This document shows positions 25,073 through 38,225 of a stretch of 64,000 nt of DNA, in pieces. Where the stretch lies: contig OZ024742.1 in assembly GCA_964016885.1 (NCBI GenBank), forward strand, positions 216,442,001 to 216,506,000. The letters run 5' to 3'. Every line of letters starts with the position of its first letter. Position 1 is the first letter of the stretch. The stretch is from Eledone cirrhosa. Taxonomy: Eukaryota. The notes under the pieces are model-generated. The model did no database searches and was not told the origin of the DNA. It worked only from the letters and a program-made list of their open reading frames with translations. The translations under genes were made by a program, and so were the position numbers.

Positions 25073-25536
25073 TATGACTTGGATAGATTTCACTGTTGAT
25101 AGAAGTTTTAATTGGAATATTCCACTAATATTTCTTATTTCCAAATAAGACATATAGCATTAATATTTCCAAATATTTTGGATATATTCCGCGAGATAAC
25201 GGTATTTCATACTTCTATCTGAGCAGCCTTTTCAAAGCATGTCGCTTTATATTGTTTTTGCAATATCATAATACGTAATAGAAAAGTAATCGTATTTTTT
25301 TCTGTCAGCATCTTTCTATAAGCTTCTATCAAAGAAACAGATTCACAAACATATATATGTATGAATGTATGTATGTATGTATGTATGAATGCATCTATGT
25401 ATGTATTTATTTATTTATTTATGTACATGTATGTACATATTAATAGATAGGAAGAGAGGATAAGAAGGAGGAGAAATTTGCAAAGGGGAAGCTATGAGTT
25501 GCTAAAGAAATGTTATATATATATATATATATGTGC

Positions 25537-25633
<97 letters not shown>

Positions 25634-25677
25634 TAGTAAGTAAATTAATTTTTATAATTTTCTTATTTTACGTCTTT

Positions 25678-25758
<81 letters not shown>

Positions 25759-25810
25759 ACTTATACATATATATGTATGTATACACAAACACACACACAC
25801 ACATATATAT

Positions 25811-25841
<31 letters not shown>

Positions 25842-26031
25842 GTGTGTGTACATATATATATGTGTACGTTCTATGTATATGTATATATATATATGTGTGT
25901 GTGTTAACAGATGTATACATACATGTGCATGCAATTATGTGTGATAATTACAGAAAACGTGCATGAGTTTCTTCATGGATAAATGTAAATATATACATGT
26001 GCGTGTGTGTGTGTGTATGTGTGTATGTGTA

Positions 26032-26064
<33 letters not shown>

Positions 26065-26251
26065 GTGTGTGTGGATGTAATATAGAGATGGAGCGCAAGA
26101 GAGTGGCATCTGTGGCATGTGCGTTTGAATCAGTTCTTTTGCCGTCACTCTATTTTATAATCCTTATCAAATCGAGTAAATCATTTCTCGAAGTACAAAG
26201 GGAAATATTTGGCTCCATATTAGGCTTGTAAAACTCTCTAAAGCGTTATCA

Positions 26252-26342
<91 letters not shown>

Positions 26343-28277
26343 TGTGTGTGTGTGTGTATATGAATGTGTGTGCATGTGTGTGCATATGTTTGTTTGTGTA
26401 TGTGTGTGTGTGTGTGTATGAATGTGTGTGCATGTGTGTGTGTGTGTTTGTGTGTGTTTGTGTATGAGTCTGTATGTATGTGTATTATGTTACTGTGTGT
26501 GTATGTGTTTGTGTGTGAATGTGTGTGTCTGTGTGTGTCCGTGTGTGTGTTTGTGCGTTTGTCTGTGTGTGTGTGTGAGAATGTGCGACTATATAATGTC
26601 GCAATTACATTCTCGGCATAGGTTCCATTAGTTGTGTAAAATTTACATTATACAGAAGACTATCTCTCTGATAAATATCTGTTTCTATTTCAACCAATCT
26701 CCATAGAACATTAAACTGAAACAGAAGGAAAAAAAGAAACGAAGGAATTAAAGTGTCATGGAGTAAAAGATGATGACGTTCTATAAGCAGTAATAAACTT
26801 CCTATGGCATTCAATATCTACCTTATCCAACTATTTCAAATTGAATCGGTCGAAACGATGAAACTTAAAAGGATATAGTCAAACGTAGAATACAGAGGAT
26901 GATTTATGTTAAAGAAGGAATTGTTTTTGTTTGTATCTGTATTTTTAACATTTGTCTTCTTTTTATTTCAATGGAGGTCGCGGGTTTATTGAAAAGTAGT
27001 TTCTATTGTTCTCGTTGCTCTTACTAGTTGTTATTGTTTTTGTGGTTATTGCTGTTGTTGTTGTTTCTTTTGTGTTTCATTGTCGTATCCTTGGGACAAA
27101 TTTTAGAGCCCATGGACCTTAATATTTCAGGGCTTCCGAGGCTAGTGTGAGAAGAGAAAGATAAACTTAAACCGGAGAAAAGGTTTGAATGATTGTAGTA
27201 GAACATGCTAAAGTCACCAGAATGCGACGGATAAGGGCTACTACACAATTAGACCTGGTTGTCTAATTGTCATAGCTACCACCAATCTGCTGTAATTGTT
27301 GTTGTTGCAGCAGACCTATGATATTTCTAGCTATGACTAAAAAGAATTTCACGCATTGCTTTGTAATCAGAACTGCATTATATAATGTATCCTACCATTT
27401 TAAGACATTTCATTGTGATATGAAAGAAATATTTTACTGCTATTTCAGGCAGATTGATCGACCGCGTAGAGAGGCACAGGATATTTTTATTGTTGTTGTT
27501 GATCCTATTATAGATAATGTAACATTTTCTTTTTGGTCTTGTTTAGTATTCATTCAGATTACTATAAAGATCTGCATGACAATGAATCCAGTCGATGGTT
27601 CCGTACACTGATTTCTGAAACAGGTTTTTGCATGCTGTTGTTGTTATTTCTTTGATTTAAGTATATGTGTGTCTGTGTTTCTGTGTGTTTGTGTCTGTGT
27701 GTGTGTTTTTGTTTTCTCGGTCAGCCTCTGTCTATAAGCTTAGCTTTTATTATGGAATTTATCGATAAAACCTGCTGGTCATTGTGATCTTAAGAGTGTG
27801 ATGTGTGCTGACATTCTGACAGGCCATTCACAAGCTTTAACTATATAATAAAAGCAATACTATGTAGTAAAAGAAAATGATGTATTTCTTCATGTTCAAA
27901 TCTGTTTTTCATCACTACTGCTGTACAACCATTGTCTTCCTCTATACCTTTCGTCTTTCTTCTCGTTTTATTTATGTGTATCTTTATTTACATCCAGTCT
28001 TCCACTTTTTCTTACTTACTTATCTCGTTTTTTTGTGATGTTGTCGCATACTCTTTTCTATATTTTATTGTTTTCCTCCGCATTATCCTGTAGTATTCAA
28101 TATTGGGACTTGTGTTGGAAATTTGTTTCTTATACATAATCATACTTACAGTCGTGCGAAAAGATACCTATACACACATAACATTTGTCAGATTTGCCGC
28201 AGTAACACACCGATGGAATATCTATACACATATACATTTATATGTGTACCCATATATATATATATATATATATATAT

Positions 28278-28865
28278 GGTGGCTGCCAACTCGTTTTCGA
28301 GTACGGCCACTACTTTCTATCCATGTAGGAGAACCCCTACCGATGAGCTGAACGAGTGTGACTTTTTAGTCCAGCCAGCGACTTGAAAACTCTGGTACAA
28401 ACACTACACATGTGACAATTATTGACACAGTGCTGGGCCCATGGTACCATGTGACAACAAGTGCAGAGAGATCTCCAGATATAAAGCAATGCCTGTGCCG
28501 TGAAGATTTTATAGTGAGCAAAGGCACTGCACAAAGCCAGTCCCACTCTCTTAACCAAGATGATATTTACCAAAAAGAAGAACAAGTCAACATCATTGGA
28601 TACCATCAGGGTTGCAGGTGTTATATCAGAGTTTTCCTTCTAGAATTCTGCCTTGACAAAGGCTAAGGGGTCATCTCTCCCAGTGATTTTAGATGGCCAT
28701 TGACTCTTAAGAGCTCCTTTGCCCTTTGACAGGTTTTGTTTTTAGTCCTGCAGGATGTCCAAAGTCACCCTCCTCACCAAGAAATTTTGGTGGGGTTGCC
28801 AGTTTAGTCGCCAACGACCCGACCATGGGACAGGTTGTACTGGAATACATGTTACCAGTAGCATA
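28278..28865 (-). mobile_element. Short non-autonomous RTE-like derivative (putative 5' UTR fused to C-terminal zinc finger and 3' end)
   Basis: HMCSVCTRVFKSLAGLKSHTRSAHR* is a C2H2-type finger like RTE/BovB ORF termini. No RT in between. Flanked by (TA)n and (ATAC)n. Confidence 0.55.
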
Positions 28866-28909
28866 TTCATACATACATACATACATACATACATACATAC
28901 ATACATACA

Positions 28910-28942
<33 letters not shown>

Positions 28943-29291
28943 TTATGTATATATTTATAGTTATGTATATATATATGTGTGTGTGTGTAGGGGGGGGGTA
29001 TGTGTGTGTGTATGAATATTAGTGGGTGAGTGCATAAGTAAATGTATCTGTTTATACACACACGCACGCACACACATATTCACATATCTATATGAGGATA
29101 AAAAGGCAGGGATACAATTACACAAAGTGTTATTAGCTCACGCGTGATGTTGATGTTACTACATGGAAAACTTGAGACCAAGTAAAGAAGTTTGGAAATG
29201 AGTACTAGCTGATACACACGTCACGTCCACAAATATATGATTATTTATATAAACGTATGTCTATTTATATAAACATACATACATCGAGTTA

Positions 29292-29341
<50 letters not shown>

Positions 29342-29372
29342 AAGAATCAAAGAACTGTTCAAAACATTATTG

Positions 29373-29419
29373 TGCTTACAGCTGTTTCCTCCAAACCGAG
29401 GTTTGGATTCTTCGGAGCA
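29373..29419 (-). ncRNA. Minimal hammerhead-like motif (family C; CCGAAGA core variant)
   Basis: TGCT-CCGAAGA-a-TCCAAAC ctcg GTTTGGA-g-GAAA-CAGCTG-TA-AGCA. Confidence 0.6.
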
Positions 29420-29651
29420 ATTTATTAATGCATGGACAGTTATATGACCTCCTTTTCAGCCGAGAGACATACCAATACATATTCAAACATTGATACATAT
29501 TCAAACATTGTGGGTCAACATTCATTGAGCTACTTAACTTACTGGTAATAAGGTAGTAATACATTACTGCCTACCACTATTTAGGGTGTGTGTAAAATAC
29601 TTACAACTGCTTAAGGTTTTGTGTTTACATAACCATAAATAGTATAACTAA

Positions 29652-29745
<94 letters not shown>

Positions 29746-29749
29746 ATAT

Positions 29750-29875
29750 ATAGGAACGAGTAGGACCCGACGGCTGTCTCAAGCCGTTTCGACGGCTAAT
29801 TCTGGACAAAAAAAAGTCCAGAATTAGCCGTCGAAGCGGCTTGAGCTCAGCCGTCAGGGTCCTACTCGTTCCTAT
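29750..29875. repeat. GC-rich ~58-bp-stem hairpin containing the 3' half of a hammerhead (family D)
   Basis: Near-perfect arms around an A8 loop. An arm reads GAAAC-GGC ttgagaca GCC-GTC. Confidence 0.8.
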
Positions 29876-30172
29876 TACCCACTCTACTACCCTAAGTATT
29901 GAGTACTTTGGTGCGTTATGGTCCACCTGGTTCCTTACCATATTTCCTTCGTTATATATATATATATATATATATATATGAGTAACTCGATGAATGTATG
30001 TTTATATAAATAGACATACGTTTAAGAGTGTATTTACTTATGCACTCAACCACTAATATTCATACACACACGCACACACACACACGCACATACACACACA
30101 CACACACATACACACACACATATAATGAATATGGTTTTATAAATATAGTTTCCATTTATTTAATATCATTGA

Positions 30173-30210
<38 letters not shown>

Positions 30211-30344
30211 GCAGAGGTTATATTTAATTTGTTGGGATTCAACAAGCTTAAAATTTGTTATAACTGATATAAAGCAGTCAACCGGTAAGTGGAGTAAATA
30301 TTCAATATATTAATAAATGGAAACTATATTTATAAAACCATAAT

Positions 30345-30410
30345 TATTTTATTATATATATTTCAAGGGCAACCAAGGCAAATTTTGGTGCACTTTCATC
30401 AGATAAAATA
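30345..30410 (-). ncRNA. Intact minimal type I hammerhead motif (family E pLTR)
   Basis: TATTTTAT-CTGATGA-AAG tgcaCCAA..TTGGttgcc CTT-GAAA-TATATA-TA-ATAAAATA: perfect 8-bp helix I and palindromic helix III. The downstream part is duplicated inverted at ~30131-30178. Confidence 0.75.
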
Positions 30411-30476
30411 CAAATTTTTTTATAAATATTGACATACCCGCATAAAGACAACCTTAACGGTTGAGGTTCGCCATTT

Positions 30477-30544
<68 letters not shown>

Positions 30545-31379
30545 AAGAGAACAAAGGTTTTCAAATTAATATCATTTTTAATATCATATATATATATATG
30601 TGTGTGTGTGAGTGTATAATAGTGTGCGTTGCCGCAAAAGGTCGCATATGGTATAAATATTGTTATTACTATATTGTATTTAACGTATGAGTGTTTACAT
30701 ATATTTCTCAGCTGTGAATTGCCCTGCCATCATTCAGCAATTCAGTAACTATGTCACTTATCGCTTATGGCTATATAATCTCGAAACGGTCAGATTCGTC
30801 AGAAACGTTAAGAAAGCAAAACCTATATTCTGCATCTTAATCAACTAAACATTCTATGGTGTAAAATTTGCAAAGTGACAGACAATTTAAACTTTATACT
30901 TTAATGTCAATATCAGTAGCATTCTCCACTTGAACATCATTCATGTCATAATAAAAAAATTGGCACATATTCAACTATTCCGACGTCATAGCAGCATACA
31001 CCGCGAATAGACCGTGAATAACCGACATTTTGTATCTATTATACAGTGTCCAGTTGCCAGCGTCATTTGTTTTCTTTTGATGCTATGAAATTGTGAATAC
31101 ATAGCTGTTCAAAATGTTAGTATTGCGGCAGAGTATTTGGCAAGAAAAACATTAGTTTTCTCAGAAACCTTGTCATCATACACAATGAGTCTTTATGACT
31201 AAATGTAATGTTTTTCTATATCCTCTCTGAGGCAAAAAAAAAAAAAAATACTCATTAGAAGCGATTATAAACGGAGAGCCTCACAAAGAATGTAGTAAAT
31301 TTTAGACTCATTGTCTCTTACATACATATATATATATATATACACCAGATACGAATACAAAAGAAACAAACTTCCACTG

Positions 31380-31620
31380 TCACTGCCTCTGTCTCTCCTG
31401 TTCTCCCTATCTCTCAATATTATGAGCAAATGGGGGCCCCGGCGGCCAGAATAGAGAAGGCGTTTCCCCCGGAGGATGGTGAGGAAGACACGCTGGAATA
31501 GCCAATCCAGCTCGCGAGGATTACTTGAGTCATTTAAAGCATATATAATGACAAGCAATTATCTCGTATAGGTGTGTGAGGGGGGTCATTCTGATTTCTA
31601 TTACTTTCGATATATTTTGC
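31380..31620. promoter_or_regulatory. Candidate cis-regulatory / conserved non-coding element
   Basis: Non-repetitive-looking GC-richer island with CCAAT, TGAGTCA and a TATA-like motif. No ORF support. Confidence 0.25.
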
Positions 31621-33340
31621 ACCCGTTTTTATCATTATTTATCAATTTTATTCCTTTAGCAGCTCCTTTTTAGGTGTCGAGAATAACACAGTCATTAATG
31701 TGAACACCATATGGCTAGTGACCCCTTTTACATGCCATGGTGTAAAGCGGAAATACATTTTCTCTTTCCTTTGGAAACTGAACTTTTTCATTTCTTCTGG
31801 AGAACTGACATAACAATCATTTATATAAAGGTTAATTCCAACATTGCAGTCCTTTTTTATCTTCGTGATATTATACCTTCTATATATTATTTGAAAATAT
31901 TATAGAAAATATTATAGAAAACCAAATTTTAATATTGCTGTAGGTGTACAAGTACGTGAGAATTTCGTTGTATTATACAACGCTTTGGTTGACAAATTGA
32001 TGATCGCAATACTTGGTTGACAAATTGATGATTGCAATACTTGCAACGGCACTTTTCGTAAACAGGGTAAAAATCTAGATGAGGTGTTGTTTTATATTTG
32101 GTGTCATTTTGATATGCTACGCCACAGAGCCCACGAATCTGAAAGGTATTTTCAAAATGTCGTTTACAATTTGCTCTGAAACTGTATTTGTTGAGTGCAC
32201 AAACAATATTGTGCATTACTAAAACACTTCAGTCTTATAATGTGACGAAATTATGTGTGTCGGGAAGATCTCGTTTTTCTTTTTTTTTTTACTTGTTCTC
32301 TTTTTTTCTGTTTTTTTTTTGGGGGGGGGGGCTTTTGTTGGGGTGAGAGTTTATTTTTATTCAAGGAAATAACAGAAAGCCAATACGGTTGAGTTCATTG
32401 AACTTCTAATCATATCTTCGAGTAGTAAAACTAAAGTGAGTTTGGATACTAAACAAAATCAGGATTATCTGAGGTACTTCGACACGGAATGGTGTTTGAT
32501 TGTTTTTTAATTTTATTATCAACCTTATGATAAAAAATGTCCATGGAAATTAAAAATCCACTTACCGATAATTTATCTAGTAAATATACTTCTCAATGTA
32601 TAATTATTTCTAGCATATGCGCAAGTCTACATATTTAGGAGAAAAAAAAGTCTATTATATCGACTAACTTAATTAACAACTACATTTTACAGACCCCAAA
32701 CGAAAAAAGTCAATTCGATATTGGTGAAATTTGAACGCAAAACGTGAAGCAATATATACCGCCAAGCATTTTGTCCGTTGTTCTAATGATTTGGTTAAAC
32801 CCAGTTCTGCTATACAAAAGAGAGACAATAGAAATCCAACTTATAACGTAGTTTAAAAGGTATTGAAATAACGATGTTTGTAATAAAACCAGAAGCAATG
32901 GCATATCCAAACTACTTAAGATAAATAATGTAAAGTGGGGTACGTCAGTTATATTGAAGGTTCTTACAATTAGTTTCGCTTGTGCCAGAATGAAACCGAC
33001 ATTAGTTTATAGAAAACATGCTTAAAATAGAATATATGACTAGAACTGAAAATATAGGCATACAATATGAGAATATTCCACAAATAATTAGTTTAAATCA
33101 TCGACATGTAAGTTACCTTCATCATTTCAAATATAATACTATAGACGTTTGCACACTAGTAAGTGTGTTGGTCAGACCATTTATGTCTTTCATGTTTTCG
33201 TATCAGCCATTTGATATATTATATTGCCCGAATAGAAAAATATAGATTATATATGGATATGTCTACAGAAATTGAAAATTACGGACATTGGCTGATGTAT
33301 TATATATTAAAAGAACAGAAAATTGAAAATTCGGTCACTG

Positions 33341-33433
<93 letters not shown>

Positions 33434-33596
33434 CTCTAAATTTTGTTGGATAAGTCTATATCCTGATTCTTTTTGAATTGAGTTTGAATTATTTTTCCCA
33501 CATCTTACGTTAACTATTTTCCAATTTTGACGCTATAGTCGCTTATATATTATGGAATACTGCTCGCTTCTTGCTACAATACTTTCTATACCTTTC

Positions 33597-33647
<51 letters not shown>

Positions 33648-35159
33648 TTAATGAATAATGGCTTGCGGGAGCTGACATTTTCGTGACAATTTATATATGT
33701 GTGTGTTTCCTTAAGAAGTAAAGGTATGCCTGAACGTGTATATATGTATTTGTATGAGCGTGTAGTATTGGTTGTATGTTCATGTTGTGTATTTGTCCGG
33801 AAGTATCACTGGGAATGACTTAAATATGTGTTCGTTGATCATGTAGGTTTCATTGTCACTATGAATGATTATATATATATGTGTGTGGAATACAAAATGA
33901 TTACTAGATGAATATTAAATGACAATATGAATGAAGCAAGAATGCCGCATCGAAATACAAAAGAGCATTACGAATAATAATCTACTTCCATATGTCTAAC
34001 TATTCTAGGGAATGTATCTTAAATATCAAAATGATCCGAATATATTTCCTCCTATATTATTATAACATTACAGAATTTCATGTGAGGTACATTTCAGCTG
34101 CCTGCCTACTTATCACCACATTATTTATCATTGAATAGAATTTTTGACATTATTACTGGTACAAATTATTTTTATTCCTTTCGCAATAGTTCACGCTTTA
34201 AACGTTAAACCAATAGTCAAACGGTTCCCGTATCATTCATCGATTTAAAATCCAAATCTTCCACTAGCAGCTTCTTTTATCAAAAAGCATACTGCAGGAA
34301 TAATTTTCCTCTACAATATATAGTGTTTTATGTTTCAACGATGGCTTTTTAGGAACTCTCATAGAACTTGATGTTTTCTTACCGTTTCACAGCTCTCATT
34401 TGAACCATTGACAGGACAGAATCTTTTGGCCAGGTTATGGTTAATATAAACTGTAACCGCAAAAGTGCCCGGTGTGTTTTTTCTCGGTAGAGTACAGCAT
34501 GAACATCTCTCACTCTTTCTCTCGTCCTCTGTCTATCTATCTCTTTCTTTTTTCTCTATCCATCTCTATAACTCCCTTTCTCACTCTTTCGCCCTCTTTC
34601 ACTCTCTCTTTTCTCTCTTTCCCTCTCGCTAGAAAACAGAAATAGATTAAAAGAACATGGGAGAAGAATCAAGACATCTAATTGCTCTGAGACTCATACA
34701 CACATGCGTACACATGTCAAACACAAACGATTGTTGTCGTAGCAACACACAAACATACACACCACCGAAAGACAAGACGGTTTAAATAGAACAAGATCAG
34801 AACAAAGAAATGACACAGAGGAGGAAGAATAGCCGTTGAAAAGGTTACCAATGTTACGCAACCAACGGCGTTTATATAATATACAATCCTTAAACACAGC
34901 TTATCATTAGACAATTGTGTTTACAAATTGCGAAACAATTCTTAGCCGATGTCGTAACAAAGCGGGTACGATTGATAAATGTATGTGCGTGTATTAGATT
35001 ATTTGTTCTTTTTAAATTTATTATAGCTAGATAAATATATACACGGTTATATATTTATATTCTTTACTTCTATCGTATAGAGTAGATAATCAAAGTAGGT
35101 TATGGTACATCAACAACATAGCCACCAAGAGTATATGTGATATATATATATATATATAT

Positions 35160-35760
35160 ATTGTTATAAATTGGGAGGGTCATTCTGCCAAGAAAAACAC
35201 ACGCACCTGTCGGTTTCACTTCAATTTATTATAAATTTCCGGTTGTTTGGTTGGTTCGATAACCGGATTGTTGTTTATGTATTGTCAAAACTCTTTCGTC
35301 ATACATTCTGTGTGACGAAATGTTATAATTATAACATTTGTTATTTTGTTATACAAAATGCCGAAGAGCAAACTGTGACACATGACTATTTTTAATTCAA
35401 GGACAAACATTTACATTTATAAATGGTCAAATATTTACAGTGAAAAAACAACTTCACTTGCAACTCAGAGAACCTGATCTACGTAATCGCATGCGGTGGC
35501 TGTCGGCAAAACTACATAGGACAGATGGGTGTGTCATTGCGCATAAGAATCCATCGTCAAGAAATCCGAGATGTAAACACAAGAAAAATCACCTTAAGTA
35601 ACCACATTGCAGATTGTGCAGGAATGACCCTACCCAACTTTAAAATCAACCCCCTTTATAAGTGCTCAGATTATTTCACAAAACAACAAAGAATATATAA
35701 AGAAGGACTATTTCTTAATAGATTGAAACCAAGATTAAATATGTAATCACCCCATTAGAT
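35160..35760 (+). mobile_element. 5'-truncated Penelope-like element: inverted family A pLTR followed by a GIY-YIG endonuclease remnant
   Basis: 35160-35320 is homologous to 3570-3730, followed by KCRRANCDT*LF.. and FTCNSENLIYVIACGGCRQNYIGQMG. Confidence 0.85.
35453..35746 (+). pseudogene. GIY-YIG endonuclease domain of a Penelope-like element
   Basis: FTCNSENLIYVIACGGCRQNYIGQMGVSLRIRIHRQEIRD...LSNHIADC...KEGLFLNRLKPRLNM*. Confidence 0.85.
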
Positions 35761-35927
35761 TATTCATACGGACCTATTGATTAAGCTAATACACATATAG
35801 AGAGAGATCGATACATTGGCACACATACACATGTGCGTGAATTTTAGCAAAGAATCGCTGCTTTCACCCTTAACGGGATCTTCTTATCGAGCCCTCTTTG
35901 GATTTTAGTCTTCACATTTATCATTAT

Positions 35928-36020
<93 letters not shown>

Positions 36021-36388
36021 CATATGCACTCTCCCTCTCACACACACCACGAAATAAAATAGAAATCATTCATACAAATATTTTCCAAAAGTAACCCCTC
36101 TCCAAATTCCTGTTTGAAAGCCATCACAAAAAGACCTGTCACACACCACAAAAAGACCTGTGACAAACAAACAAACTAAAACTCACACACATATACACAC
36201 ACATCACTATAAAATCAAACAAATATATATATATGTATATAATATACCTAAAATCCCCTTTTTTTCTTTCTTTCCCTCCAAAATATTTATCTGGCTAAGT
36301 TGCGATCCCATCACCCTTACAATAACACACACACACACATATATATATATAAATGTGTGTATGTACCTACACACACACAGACACACAC

Positions 36389-36429
<41 letters not shown>

Positions 36430-36447
36430 CATATATATGTATATGTA

Positions 36448-36576
36448 TAATTAGAAAGTGAACAACACAATATATAATTACTCCATTACCAAAGGTTTCA
36501 AGACCCTAGACAATAAAGGGTCCAGAAACCTTTGGTAATGGAGTAGTTATATTTTGTGTTGTTCACTTTCTAATTA
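36448..36576. repeat. Palindrome of a pLTR 3' end related to family B (hammerhead 3' half)
   Basis: Arms read GAAA-CC ttt GG-TA-atggag...tgtgttgtt. The centre is the hairpin gaccct/agggtc. Confidence 0.75.
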
Positions 36577-36639
36577 AATAGCTCTGTTCTATACATAGAG
36601 CACTCTTTTTTCCTTTGCTTTTTCTTCGGAAATACCTAA

Positions 36640-36751
<112 letters not shown>

Positions 36752-37316
36752 CACTCACACATACACACTCATACCCTCTAAAACCATATTCCTCAAATAG
36801 AATTTCTTTTACAATCCTATACTTTTGACACTCCCATATAGCAACTGTCTGTAGCTTACATTTCCCCTCTTCGCCACCCCATCTGAACTCTTTAACCGGT
36901 CCTTTAACACTATTGAGATACACACACATATATACAGAAAAATGTTTTCTCACTAAAACTAATTTTGTTCATTGAAAAGACACTACTACTGCTACGACTC
37001 TGACTACTTCTCTCTCTATATATATAAGTTTCCATTTGAAACCCAGTCTTCTTCTCAACAAGATTTCCATTTTAAACAACAGACCTTCTTCAACACTTAA
37101 TTTAAAGTTTTTGATTTTTAATTCTTTTTAATTCTTTTTAATTGTAATATTCAACATTTGATAAGATGGATTACACCGACAGATCGAAACCAGTTAATTT
37201 TTATATATTTTATATACATTATAAAACATCTTTTTTTTTTAAATTGTTACTCTCATTTCTTTTTTTTCAATAATGTAACTTTGATTAATCAAAGAAGAAC
37301 AGAAAAACAGATCCTT

Positions 37317-37379
<63 letters not shown>

Positions 37380-38044
37380 GTATTGAGAGAGAGAGACAGA
37401 TAGGTAGATAGACGCAAAGAGAGGGGGCGAAAGATATGTGAACTGGGGATGTGTAAATATATCAAGCAATTGAGTTTTGCTTTGTGAATTCATAGCAAAC
37501 ATTTTGCTGTGTCTCTAGAGAAGATAATTTCTTTTTCTATTTCATTGCAAGCGTTCGTATAAAAAAAAGCCTTTGAAAATTACGTGTGTTTAAATAGCGC
37601 TCAATGCGAGGGAAGTTTGAAGACAACGAAATCTAGAACTTTCATTAAAAAAATCGATCAAGTATACGCAAAAGTAAATATAAGAGGAACAATTCTCTCC
37701 AGTTGTCTTTATTTCATCTTTAGAAACACAAAAACATCATCTGATTTTAGTGGTTCGCATTGTTGCTTGTATTATTGATGACGATGAGCCAGGAGTCAGG
37801 TTTGTGCCCGAGAACCTATACAAGAGCTTCCAGGATTGATAGTATTAAGAGAGGAAGTTATCATTAAACCGGCATAAAATTGACACTGTTAGAGCCAATA
37901 GAATTCTAAATGCCGTAGTTAAGCCGAGCGTTGTTGTTGTTTAGCAAGTTGCTCATGTCATCCCACATGTAAGCAGACTTGTGTCCTGTTTCACCCATGA
38001 CCATACCATCATATTATCAGACAATGTATCTAAATTTTAATAAT

Positions 38045-38225
38045 TGTTTCTACTTTAGACACAAGGGCAGCAATTACCCAGTACATTACTGGTACTTTAT
38101 TTTATCGACCCCGTAAGGATGAAAGGCAAAGGCAACCTCGGCGGGATTTGAATTCAGATCGTAAAGGGACGTAACTATGCTCGAAAGCATGGCGTCCGAC
38201 CCTCTACCGATACTGCCAATCCACC
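38045..38225 (-). mobile_element. SINE family 1 with 19-bp target site duplication
   Basis: TSD gtatctaaattttaataat at 38026-38044 and 38226-38244. Confidence 0.9.

Larger units (their letters stand above)
29251..30023. repeat. 45-bp inverted repeat pair (29251-29295 / 29979-30023) enclosing TA tracts and two pLTR-like inserts
   Basis: aaacgtatgtctatttatataaacatacat..catcgagttactca and its reverse complement. Confidence 0.85.

Noticed and set aside
28790-28865. Possible HDV-like ribozyme at the putative RTE-derived 5' end
   Set aside because: P2-, P4- and J4/2-like parts can be drawn, but no consistent P1/P3 pairing.
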